A DNA stretch of 64,000 bases from Candidatus Velthaea sp. (GTDB taxonomy: Bacteria; Vulcanimicrobiota; Vulcanimicrobiia; Vulcanimicrobiales; Vulcanimicrobiaceae): contig JBEKHC010000005.1 of the NCBI GenBank assembly GCA_050012475.1, positions 1-64,000 on the forward strand, written 5' to 3'. The number at the start of each line of letters is the position of its first letter. The first letter of the stretch is position 1. Made by a program: the position numbers and the translations under genes. The notes under the pieces were generated by a model, which saw nothing but the letters and a program-made list of their open reading frames with translations, did not search any database and had not been told where the DNA came from. Positions 39,346 to 47,664 of the stretch are shown in pieces.

Positions 39346-39966
39346 TCAATCCGAAAAGCCGACGATTTGTCGAGAGTAGGATTGTTGCTCCATGGCTTGG
39401 ACCATGAAGTCGCCGACGTTTGCACGCGAGGCCGTAAAGCCCATGAACGGGAGATGCCCGATACGAACGCGAGATTTCCCAGAGCGCGTTTTATTTGTCA
39501 ACTGTGGAGGACGGACGATCGTCCAATTGAGTCCGCTTTCCTGAACGATCGTCTCCATGGCGGCGCAGTCGGCAACGTGGTGTTTGAAGAGCAGCTGACC
39601 AAACGGGTACGTCGGCGGCAAGACGGAATCCCGAAATAGAAATGCGACCGATAAGATTATCAGACGCGAAACGTCGCTTTCAGCCATGGCAGCGGTCAGT
39701 GAGCGAGCGAAAGGCGCGACCAATTGTTCTCTGCTCCTGGGATCTCGTGGACCGAAGGCGGACAACACGGCATCATGCCCCGAGATTACCCGTGTGAGGT
39801 CGGCCGCGTTCAGGGGGCTGCCCTTGATGATATCGACGTTCGGCGCGAACGGAGCAAGCCTCTGCCCGGAACGAACGAACGCCGTTACGGAATGCCCCCG
39901 CTCGATCGCGCGCTTCACGATTTCAATCCCGGTGCCGCCAGTTGCTCCTAACACTACGAATTTCAT
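39346..39966 (-). CDS. NAD(P)H-binding flavin reductase / biliverdin reductase B-like protein
   Basis: VLGATGGTG, GHSVTAFVR, DAVLSAFG, SGLNWTIVRPPQL. Confidence 0.88.
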   Translation of the reverse strand: MKFVVLGATGGTGIEIVKRAIERGHSVTAFVRSGQRLAPFAPNVDIIKGSPLNAADLTRVISGHDAVLSAFGPRDPRSREQLVAPFARSLTAAMAESDVSRLIILSVAFLFRDSVLPPTYPFGQLLFKHHVADCAAMETIVQESGLNWTIVRPPQLTNKTRSGKSRVRIGHLPFMGFTASRANVGDFMVQAMEQQSYSRQIVGFSD

Positions 39967-39976
39967 CGGAAGTGAA

Positions 39977-40003
39977 GACCGTCATAAGGCGCCGCTTGTG
40001 ACA
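39977..40003 (-). promoter_or_regulatory. Predicted ECF41 (SigJ-type) promoter
   Basis: Minus strand TGTCACA-N16-GGTC ending 10 nt before the ATG at 39966. Confidence 0.72.
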
Positions 40004-40113
40004 GACCGGGTCGCCTCAAAACAGGGGCGGGTTGCAATTCAATCGGATCACGAGATCGAGGCCCATAGGGATTGCGGATGTGGCCGACCCATCGGGCGCC
40101 TTCGACGAACATA

Positions 40114-40217
40114 TTGGGATGCTCTGATTTCGCCCTGGACGTCGTCGCTACGCGGCTCATTGGCTAAACAACCTTCGCCGCTATGCTCCTGGGCAGGGCG
40201 AAATAAGCGCATCCCAA
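40114..40217. repeat. 104-bp element with 24-bp terminal inverted repeats (MITE/ERIC-like)
   Basis: TTGGGATGCTCTGATTTCGCCCTG (40114-40137) matches the reverse complement of 40194-40217 at 22 of 24 positions. Confidence 0.7.
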
Positions 40218-40225
40218 GCTCGCGT

Positions 40226-41536
40226 TTAGTACGTGCGCAGGTAGGCTTCGTGCTCCCACGGGTGGACGGCGCGCCGATAGCGCTCGTACTCGGCGACCTT
40301 CGCGTCGCGGAACGCATGATAGATATGATCGCCCAGCGCGCCGCGCACGATGATGTCCTTGTCGAGTTCGGTGATCGCTGCGCGCAGCGATTTCGGCAGC
40401 GTGACGATGCCGCGTTCGTTGCGCACTTTTTCGGACAGCTCGTAGGTCGAGCCGGTGAACGGATCGCCCGGCAAGGCGCGGCTGCGAATGCCTTCAGCGA
40501 TCGATTCGACGAGCACCGCCATCGCCAGGTACGGGTTGCACGATGCGTCGGGGCTGCGGACTTCGATGAGCGGCTGCCCTTCGACCGCCGGCGGGACCCG
40601 CACCAGCGCGTTGGCGCTGCGCTGCGACCACACGGTATAGATCGGTGCGTCCCAGGCGGCGACGAGCCGCTTGTACGAATTGACGGTGGGATTGCAGACC
40701 GCGGTGAAGCCCGGGGCGTGTTCGAGCAAGCCGGCGATGGCGTGGAGCCGGATGGCTTCGTCGACGTCGCCCAAGCTGAAATAGACGTGGAGTCCGTTGC
40801 CGGCTTGGTTTTCCAGCGGTTTGGGCATGAACGTCGCGTGCAGGCCATTTTGATCGGCAACGTGCTTGATGATGCCGCGCACGGTGATGAGATGATCGGC
40901 GGTCGAGAGCGCGCCGGTCGCCGCTAGATCGATTTCATGTTGACCCGCGCCGTGTTCGTGGTGCGCGCTCGAGACGCCGATACCCATCGCTTCGAGCGAT
41001 GAGACCATCGCCGTGCGGGTGATGTCGCCGCGGTCGCTGGGCGAGAAGTCGAAGTAGGATCCGTTGTCGAGCGCCTGGGTCGTGGGCGTGCCGTCGGCAA
41101 GCTTGGTGAAGAGATAGAATTCGACTTCGAGCGCCGTGCGCACGCGCGACACGACGTCGCCGGCATCTTCGAGCACGCGCTTGAGCGTCGAGCGCGGGCA
41201 GCCCTCGAACGGCGTTCCGTCGGGCATTGCGATGTCGCACAGGATGCGCGCTTCGGCGGCGCCGTCGCGCGTCCAGGGCAGGATCGCGAACGTCGCCGGA
41301 TCGGGCCGCAAGGTCATGTCGACCTCTTCACCCCGCACGAATCCGTCGATCGATCCGCCGTCGAAGGTGACGTGGCCGCCCAGCGCGCGCTCCAACTCGC
41401 TGGCCGGGATCATGATGTTCTTCTCGATGCCCAGGATGTCGACGAAGGCCAGCCGCACGTAACGGACGCCGCGTTCTTTGGCGGTTTTGAGAATTTCGCG
41501 GCGCGCTGCGGCGCCGTCCTTAACCGCCGAGAGCAT
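40226..41536 (-). CDS. glnA: Glutamine synthetase family protein (type I-like; possibly a gamma-glutamyl-amine ligase)
   Basis: FDGGSIDGF, EVEFYLF, HHEHGAGQHEI, TFMPKP, NSYKRL, IEVRSPDASCNPYL. Confidence 0.85.
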   Translation of the reverse strand: MLSAVKDGAAARREILKTAKERGVRYVRLAFVDILGIEKNIMIPASELERALGGHVTFDGGSIDGFVRGEEVDMTLRPDPATFAILPWTRDGAAEARILCDIAMPDGTPFEGCPRSTLKRVLEDAGDVVSRVRTALEVEFYLFTKLADGTPTTQALDNGSYFDFSPSDRGDITRTAMVSSLEAMGIGVSSAHHEHGAGQHEIDLAATGALSTADHLITVRGIIKHVADQNGLHATFMPKPLENQAGNGLHVYFSLGDVDEAIRLHAIAGLLEHAPGFTAVCNPTVNSYKRLVAAWDAPIYTVWSQRSANALVRVPPAVEGQPLIEVRSPDASCNPYLAMAVLVESIAEGIRSRALPGDPFTGSTYELSEKVRNERGIVTLPKSLRAAITELDKDIIVRGALGDHIYHAFRDAKVAEYERYRRAVHPWEHEAYLRTY

Positions 41537-42755
41537 CGATCGCAATCGCCGCGCGCAGCGTGAGCTGGTCGTGCGGACTGTCGAGGTCGAGACCGCCGAT
41601 CTCGGCAATCTGACGGAGCCGGTAAAACACCGTATGCCGGTGGACGTTGAGCGAGGCGGCCGCGACTTTGATGTTCTGACCGACGTCGAAGAACAAGCGC
41701 AGCGTGCGAACCAGTTCGGTCTGATGCTTTTCGTCGTAGCCGCGCAGCGGTTCGAGGACGCGGTCGGCGAAGGCTTGCCATTCGACGCGGTTGACGCCGC
41801 CGCGGTACAGCAGCGGGTAGACGCCCAGGTCGTCGTGCGGCATCACCCGGGCACCGCCGAACATGCGCCGTGCGATCGTCAACGCTTCGCGCGCTTCATC
41901 GACGCTCTGGGCGACCCGCAGCATATCGGCGTGCTGGCCGACGCCGCCGACCACCTTCACGTCGATTCCGGCGCGCGTGATGCCGCGCGGGATCAGCGTG
42001 GCCGCGGTGCGGGCGTTCTGCGCGTCGACTTCGTGGGGGGTCGGAACCAGGAACAGAAACCCGCCGCCGCGTTCGATCGCGACGACGTCGCCGGTGCGCG
42101 ACCCCAGGGTGTCCAGGCACACGCGCCGGATCTCGGCGTTCTTCTGCGGCGCGGTCGCTTCGTCGAGACCCTCGCCTTCGATCGCGACCGCGACGTAGCC
42201 CGGCGCCAAAGCGATGCCGCGTGCGGTGGCGTCCTCGCGAGCTTCGATCGGATCGTCGTAGGCGCGAGCCAATAAGCGATCCCAAAACGAACGCCGCCGC
42301 CCTTTGCTGCCGCCGTTATCGCGGGACATTTCGACGGCCACCGACGCAGCGGTGAGCCGAATCAAACCGTGCTTTCCCTCCAAACTTCCGGTCGCGGGAA
42401 AGATCGAAAGCCAGCCCAGCCGAGCCTCGCCGGCGCGAATGGGAAAGGCCCGCGACCGCGCGTCGGCCGGAGCGCCGAGTTCAACGCCGTCCGACGCGTC
42501 GCTGAGGTCGCGGGGCAGCAAATCACGGACCGACGGGGGCACCGAACGATCGCCGGTGCCGGCCAGCGCGAGGTGGCGCCACTCGGCGTCCTCGATGAGC
42601 ACCGCCGCATCGAGCACCGATGCAAGATGTCCGGCCAGCGCCTGGGCACCTCCGCCGCCTGCTGCAATGCGTGCCAGCGCCTCGGCGAATGCGAGCAATG
42701 CATCCGCGCTGTCGCGGCGAACCCGCCGCGCATGAACAACGCTCTCCTCTTGCAT
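41520..42755 (-). CDS. PucR/CdaR family transcriptional regulator
   Basis: VLEPLRGYD, LVRTLRLFF, C-terminal HTH AAASLNVHRHTVFYRLRQI; overlaps the glnA start. Confidence 0.9.
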   Translation of the reverse strand: MQEESVVHARRVRRDSADALLAFAEALARIAAGGGGAQALAGHLASVLDAAVLIEDAEWRHLALAGTGDRSVPPSVRDLLPRDLSDASDGVELGAPADARSRAFPIRAGEARLGWLSIFPATGSLEGKHGLIRLTAASVAVEMSRDNGGSKGRRRSFWDRLLARAYDDPIEAREDATARGIALAPGYVAVAIEGEGLDEATAPQKNAEIRRVCLDTLGSRTGDVVAIERGGGFLFLVPTPHEVDAQNARTAATLIPRGITRAGIDVKVVGGVGQHADMLRVAQSVDEAREALTIARRMFGGARVMPHDDLGVYPLLYRGGVNRVEWQAFADRVLEPLRGYDEKHQTELVRTLRLFFDVGQNIKVAAASLNVHRHTVFYRLRQIAEIGGLDLDSPHDQLTLRAAIAIDALGG

Positions 42756-43061
42756 TACTCTCTCGCTTTCCTCGTCGCGGCAACTGCTGTCCTTTTGATT
42801 TGGTGGCCATGGGGCCGACGCGTGATGCTGTATTTGCTAACCGTCCATATTCTTGTCGGGGGCTGGGTGCTTTCACAGCATTTCCAGGCTCCGCCGTTAC
42901 ATTACGTGTTTGCGCTGCTGGGTTGGTTCGGTTACATGGCTGCGAATGGAATCGGTCGCCGTGCCGGTAAAGAAAACGTGGCACTCGCGATCACGATCGT
43001 TTCGAGCGTTTGTGTTCTTATGGCCTTTGCAATCGGCCAATGGGCCGTGAAGCCCTTCTAA
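42732..43061 (+). CDS. Small membrane protein (about 4 TM helices)
   Basis: 109 aa with four hydrophobic segments; overlaps the PucR start head-to-head, so one start may be miscalled. Confidence 0.6.
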   Translation: MNNALLLHYSLAFLVAATAVLLIWWPWGRRVMLYLLTVHILVGGWVLSQHFQAPPLHYVFALLGWFGYMAANGIGRRAGKENVALAITIVSSVCVLMAFAIGQWAVKPF

Positions 43062-43111
43062 AAACGCACGAAGGATTGTTCCCTTACAGCTGAGCTGCAA
43101 GGCGGCAAGCG

Positions 43112-44446
43112 CTAACCGCCCGCACCGTTCCCGGATACGATCGTCTGGATCGTCGAGACGACGGTCAGCACGCCGACGATGACGACCGTCGCCCAGGCGA
43201 TCACGTTGAAGGCCAGGTTGTTGACGTAAGTGCCCATGAGCCGCGGGCGGTTGATGAGCAGGAGCATGAGCACTAGGACGACCGGCAGCAGCACCCCGTT
43301 GAGCACCTGGGAGTAGAAAATGATCGCGACCAGCGGTGCGCCCGGGATGAGAACGAACCCGCCGCCGATCACGATGAGCGCGAGATAGAGCGAGTAGAAG
43401 ACGGGCGCTTCGCGGAACCGGTTTTGGACGCCCGACTCGAAGCCGAAGGCTTCGCAAACGTAGTACGCCGTCGAGAGCGGCAGGATCGATGCCGTGAAGA
43501 CGGCCGCGTTGAGCAGTCCCAGCGCGAACAGCAGCGAGGCGTACTTTCCGGCAAGCGGAACGAGTGCGGTCGCGACGTCGCCGGCGTTCTCGACGTCCAG
43601 CGGTTTGGCGCCCGGCGCGAGATGGAGGTTGGCAACGAAGATCGTCGCGGCGCAGGCCACGATGATGAAATAAGCGATGACGTCGGTGATGATCGCGCCG
43701 GTCACGACGTCGATGCGAGAGTAGGGGTAGTCTTTGACGCGCACCCCTTTCTCGACGACGGCGGATTGAATGTAGAACTGCATCCACGGCGAGATCGTGG
43801 TGCCGATGACGCCGATCGCCGTCAGCAGGTACGCTTGCGTGGGCTTGAAGTGCGGGATGAAGGTTTGAGCGAGCACCTCGTGCCAGGGCGGATGCACGAG
43901 AAAGCCGCTGACGACGTACGCCAAATACACCGTGCAGAAGGCGAAGAAGATCTTTTCGACGACCTTGTAGTTGCCGCGTGTCACCATCAGGAAAACGAAC
44001 ACGGCCGCACCCACGACGAGCACGTATTTGTTGAGGAACGGAACGTAACTCTGAAACACCGGTGACGCGTACGCAATGCCGGCAAACTCGGCCGCGGTGT
44101 TGCCCAGATCGCCGAAAACGAACAGCAAGAGCACGACGAAGGTCACCCGCACGCCGAAGTTCTCGCGGATCAGATCGGCCAGCCCCTTGCCGGTAACCGC
44201 GCCCATCCGCGCGCACATCTCCTGCGTGACGATCAGCGCCAGCGTCACCGGAATCAGCAGCCACAACATCGAGTAGCCGAATTGTGCGCCGGCGAGTGAA
44301 TAGGTCTGGATGCCGCCGACGTCATTGTCGGCGTTGGCGGTGATGATCCCGGGGCCGATCACCGAGAAGAACATCACGAGCGTGCGGCCGAGACTAGGCC
44401 GCGCGGCCGGCGCCGGCCGGTTCGCTGCGGGAGGTTGCGTATCCAT
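43112..44446 (-). CDS. NRAMP-family divalent cation transporter (NRMT/Mg-type signature)
   Basis: GPGIITANADNDVGG, QEMCARMGAVTGKG, GTTISPWMQF. Confidence 0.9.
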   Translation of the reverse strand: MDTQPPAANRPAPAARPSLGRTLVMFFSVIGPGIITANADNDVGGIQTYSLAGAQFGYSMLWLLIPVTLALIVTQEMCARMGAVTGKGLADLIRENFGVRVTFVVLLLFVFGDLGNTAAEFAGIAYASPVFQSYVPFLNKYVLVVGAAVFVFLMVTRGNYKVVEKIFFAFCTVYLAYVVSGFLVHPPWHEVLAQTFIPHFKPTQAYLLTAIGVIGTTISPWMQFYIQSAVVEKGVRVKDYPYSRIDVVTGAIITDVIAYFIIVACAATIFVANLHLAPGAKPLDVENAGDVATALVPLAGKYASLLFALGLLNAAVFTASILPLSTAYYVCEAFGFESGVQNRFREAPVFYSLYLALIVIGGGFVLIPGAPLVAIIFYSQVLNGVLLPVVLVLMLLLINRPRLMGTYVNNLAFNVIAWATVVIVGVLTVVSTIQTIVSGNGAGG

Positions 44447-44448
44447 CC

Positions 44449-45774
44449 TTACCCTGCGGCCGTGGAGTGTGCTTGACGCGGGGGACGTTTGGTGAAGCGC
44501 GGCAGTTTGCGTTTGAGCTTCTCGGGGATGAGTTCATCGATCGCATCGTCGACCGTCACGATGCCTTGCATTTTGCCGTCGTCGTCGAGCACGGGGCACG
44601 CGAGCAGATCGTAGCGAGCGATCATCGAGGCCACGTCTTCGGCCGTCGTATCGGCGCTGACGCTGACGATATCCGTTTCCATCACGTTGTCGACGGTGGC
44701 ATCGGGCTTGGCCAGCAGCAAGGTCCGTAAACTCAAGACGCCCAGCAGTTTTTCGGACTGATCGGTCACGTAGAGATAATAGATGAACTCGGTCTCCGGT
44801 CCGATTTCGCGGATCTTCTCGATCGTCGCGGCGATCGTGCGGTGCGGATAGATCCAGAGATAGTCGGTCGTCATCAGGCCGCCCGCGGTGTGATCGCCGT
44901 AGCTGACGAGTTCGCGCAGATCGTGCGCGGTCTCGGCGTCCATCTCCGCGAGTAGTTCGGCTTGTTTTTCTTCGGGAAGATCGCCGAGCAGATCGGCGGC
45001 GTCATCCGCGTCCATCTCCTCGATGATGTCGGCGGCGCGTTCGGTGCCCAGATCGTCGATGATCGCGCGCTGCGTGTCGGCGTCGAGATGTTCGAGCGCG
45101 TCGGCGGCGGTCTCGTCGTCGAGCGACCCCATCACGCGCGCGGCGTCTTGGGCAGAGAGATCGCCGATGATCTCGGCCAAGTCCGAGGGATGCAGCCGCG
45201 ACAAGCGGCCTTCACTCACCGAGAGCTTGATCTCGTTGGGATTCAAGTCGCGGATCGGGGCGACGTTGTTCCAGGCGATGAGGTTGCGCGGCACACGGTC
45301 GACCAGATCGCGGGCCACTCGTCCCGCGCCGAGCCGGCGCAGCAAGCCCGCAACGCCCACCTCGGCCGCCACGACGCGCAGCGTGCCGCCGGTCATCGCC
45401 AGTTCGAGGTCGTTGATCCGCACGACCTTACGGCCGTCGACGTCCACGATCTGTTTGTCGAGCAGATCTTCCACCAGATACAGCGCGTCGTCGTCGGAGG
45501 GCGACGCGATGGTTGGAAACGCGTCGAGCAGCAGCGGGCCGTTGCGGTCGACGGACACCTCGGCGATCGGGACGATCCGCATTCCGTCCTTGGTCTTGAT
45601 CTTGACGGCATCGATCCGCGGAAAGGTGTCTTCGGGATGCGAAATCAGGAAATCGACGATTTTTCCGGCCGGCGTGCGCGATGCGCTGCCTTTCACTTTG
45701 GCCGGCAAGCCGATGAATTCGGACAGGAAGCCGTCGCGAAAGGCTTCGGGCCGTTGCTCGACGTGGGGAGGCAT
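44449..45774 (-). CDS. Soluble MgtE-like protein (PRC barrel, MgtE_N, CBS pair; no TM domain)
   Basis: LLDKQIVDVDGRKVVRIND, LHPSDLAEII, EMDADDAADLL, TAGGLMTT, GIVTVDD. Confidence 0.87.
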   Translation of the reverse strand: MPPHVEQRPEAFRDGFLSEFIGLPAKVKGSASRTPAGKIVDFLISHPEDTFPRIDAVKIKTKDGMRIVPIAEVSVDRNGPLLLDAFPTIASPSDDDALYLVEDLLDKQIVDVDGRKVVRINDLELAMTGGTLRVVAAEVGVAGLLRRLGAGRVARDLVDRVPRNLIAWNNVAPIRDLNPNEIKLSVSEGRLSRLHPSDLAEIIGDLSAQDAARVMGSLDDETAADALEHLDADTQRAIIDDLGTERAADIIEEMDADDAADLLGDLPEEKQAELLAEMDAETAHDLRELVSYGDHTAGGLMTTDYLWIYPHRTIAATIEKIREIGPETEFIYYLYVTDQSEKLLGVLSLRTLLLAKPDATVDNVMETDIVSVSADTTAEDVASMIARYDLLACPVLDDDGKMQGIVTVDDAIDELIPEKLKRKLPRFTKRPPRQAHSTAAG

Positions 45775-45775
45775 G

Positions 45776-46249
45776 CTACCCCTCCCGGCGCGCGGCGGCC
45801 ATGACGATCGCGATGAGCCCGAGCACAACGACTCCCCCGTAGACGATGGTGGACCGGCCGTGCAGCGCGTGATACTGCGGCGAGTTCACGTCGTTGACCG
45901 CGGCCATCGCGGGGACGATCGCGTGCGACTCGAACCAGACCAAGACCAGCGCCATCGCGACCAGCAGCGCGCGCACGAAGTCGAAGATCCGATCGCCGGC
46001 TTCGAGCGAACGCCACACGGCCATCAGGATCGCGATGCCCCCACAAATGTACCCCATGATCGCCAGCGCCGCCAAGATTGACGAAGTGAGCGCCGCGAAG
46101 CGGGTCACGTCCAGGGGTGCGACGATGCGGAAGGCGATCGGAGCGAAAATGAAGGCAAAACCGCACAGGGCGCCGAGCCACAGGCCCAGGGCCGGAATCT
46201 CGATCGCCGCGAGGATGCGGTCGACGCGGGAGCGATTACCTGTCCACAC
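45776..46249 (-). CDS. DUF4149/TMEM205-like membrane protein
   Basis: LWLG...FIFAPIAF, four TM helices, YHALHGRS. Confidence 0.75.
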   Translation of the reverse strand: MWTGNRSRVDRILAAIEIPALGLWLGALCGFAFIFAPIAFRIVAPLDVTRFAALTSSILAALAIMGYICGGIAILMAVWRSLEAGDRIFDFVRALLVAMALVLVWFESHAIVPAMAAVNDVNSPQYHALHGRSTIVYGGVVVLGLIAIVMAAARREG

Positions 46250-46276
46250 AGCCCATCGTTACGTTCGAGGAGAGCC

Positions 46277-47032
46277 GTGGACCCGCTCGATTTCATCATC
46301 TCGCTCGCTCGCGAGGCGGGGACATTGCTCATGGAACGGCTCGACGGGCCGCGCGAGATCGCCTTCAAGCACCGCGCCGACTTGGTCACCGACGCCGACC
46401 GCGCCTCCGAAGCGCTCATCGTCGAGCGGATCCATGCCGCCTTCCCCAACGCGGCCATTCTCGGCGAAGAGGGCGGCGTGTATGCCGGCGCCGGCGACGA
46501 GCGGTTCATTGTCGATCCGCTCGACGGAACCACGAACTACGCGCATCGCTATCCGCTGTTCTGCGTTTCGATCGCTTACGAACGCGCGGGCCGGCTCGAG
46601 GCCGGCGCCGTCTACGGACCGATGATCGGCGAGCTGTATGCCGCGCGGCGCGGGCAACCCGCGACCCTCAACGGCAAGCCGATCGCCGTTTCACCGATTC
46701 CCGCGGTGAGCGAGGCACTCGTTTGTACGGGATTCATCCCTTCGCGCTACGAGCGCAACGCCGCCAATTTCGCCGCGCTGTCGCACGTCGCGCAAGCCGT
46801 CCGGCGCGACGGGTCGGCCGCGCTCGACATCGCGTTCGTGGCGGCGGGACGGTTCGAGTCGTTTTGGGAGTGGGATCTCAACCCGTGGGATATGGCTGCC
46901 GGCGTGGTCATCGTCGAAGCGGCCGGCGGCACGGTCACCGCGATCGACGGCTCGCCGCTCGATCTTACCAACGGGTCGATCTTGGCGTCCAATGGGGCCA
47001 CCCACGACGAGATGGTCGGGCTGCTGGTCTAG
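46277..47032 (+). CDS. suhB: Inositol monophosphatase family protein
   Basis: DLVTDAD, ILGEEG, VDPLDGTTNYAH, RRDGSAALD, PWDMAAG. Confidence 0.92.
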   Translation: MDPLDFIISLAREAGTLLMERLDGPREIAFKHRADLVTDADRASEALIVERIHAAFPNAAILGEEGGVYAGAGDERFIVDPLDGTTNYAHRYPLFCVSIAYERAGRLEAGAVYGPMIGELYAARRGQPATLNGKPIAVSPIPAVSEALVCTGFIPSRYERNAANFAALSHVAQAVRRDGSAALDIAFVAAGRFESFWEWDLNPWDMAAGVVIVEAAGGTVTAIDGSPLDLTNGSILASNGATHDEMVGLLV

Positions 47033-47091
47033 CCCCGGAAAGAGGCTCGCGGCGCACGATATTCGGGCGGCACGGCGGGTACGAGACGGCA

Positions 47092-47355
47092 ATGCGTTCG
47101 CGCTTCGAGTTTGCTTTGTATCCCCTGGAACCGGACGACGTGGCCGGCGGGATCGATCCGACGTTGGCGCTCATGGGGGCGCAGGGGTGGGAAATTCGGG
47201 GGATCGCCCAGGGGCCCGACGGCGGGCTTACGTTTGCGCTGCAGCGTCCCATGGGTGAGGAGCTGCCGTTGCCGGACGCGCCGACGCTGGCTGCGACCCT
47301 GGAGGAACCGTTGGCCGCCCCGGACCGCGAGGAGCTGGAACTGCCGCAGGTCTAG
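47092..47355 (+). CDS. Small hypothetical protein (DUF4177-like pattern)
   Basis: FEF...L..MGAQGWEI...F.LQRP; 87 aa. Confidence 0.55.
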   Translation: MRSRFEFALYPLEPDDVAGGIDPTLALMGAQGWEIRGIAQGPDGGLTFALQRPMGEELPLPDAPTLAATLEEPLAAPDREELELPQV

Positions 47356-47546
47356 GCTGCTTCGACTGGGCGGGCGCAGGCCGGGCAGCTCAGGCCGGAC
47401 GCGGAGCGCAGCACGTGGGTGCCGCACCAGCCGCTGCCGCAGGCGCATACGTAGCGGACGTGGCCGCGACAGAGCGCCTGCGACCGGGTCGTGCCCGAAC
47501 AGTGAAGTTTCGGCGCGCCGACCACCGTCAGCGTTTGGGGGTTCAT
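47352..47546 (-). CDS. Small zinc-finger-like protein
   Basis: 64 aa with C-x9-C-x7-CxC-x4-CxxH-x9-CxxC. Confidence 0.55.
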   Translation of the reverse strand: MNPQTLTVVGAPKLHCSGTTRSQALCRGHVRYVCACGSGWCGTHVLRSASGLSCPACARPVEAA

Positions 47547-47664
47547 ACATCTCGTATCGACCTAGCGAGCGCGATTCTGGAGCCGGCGGCGCTGCTTTGC
47601 GAAAGATTTGTTACCTGCGACAAAGGACGGGCTCGGCTTGATCCGGTGCCGAACGATAGGTACG

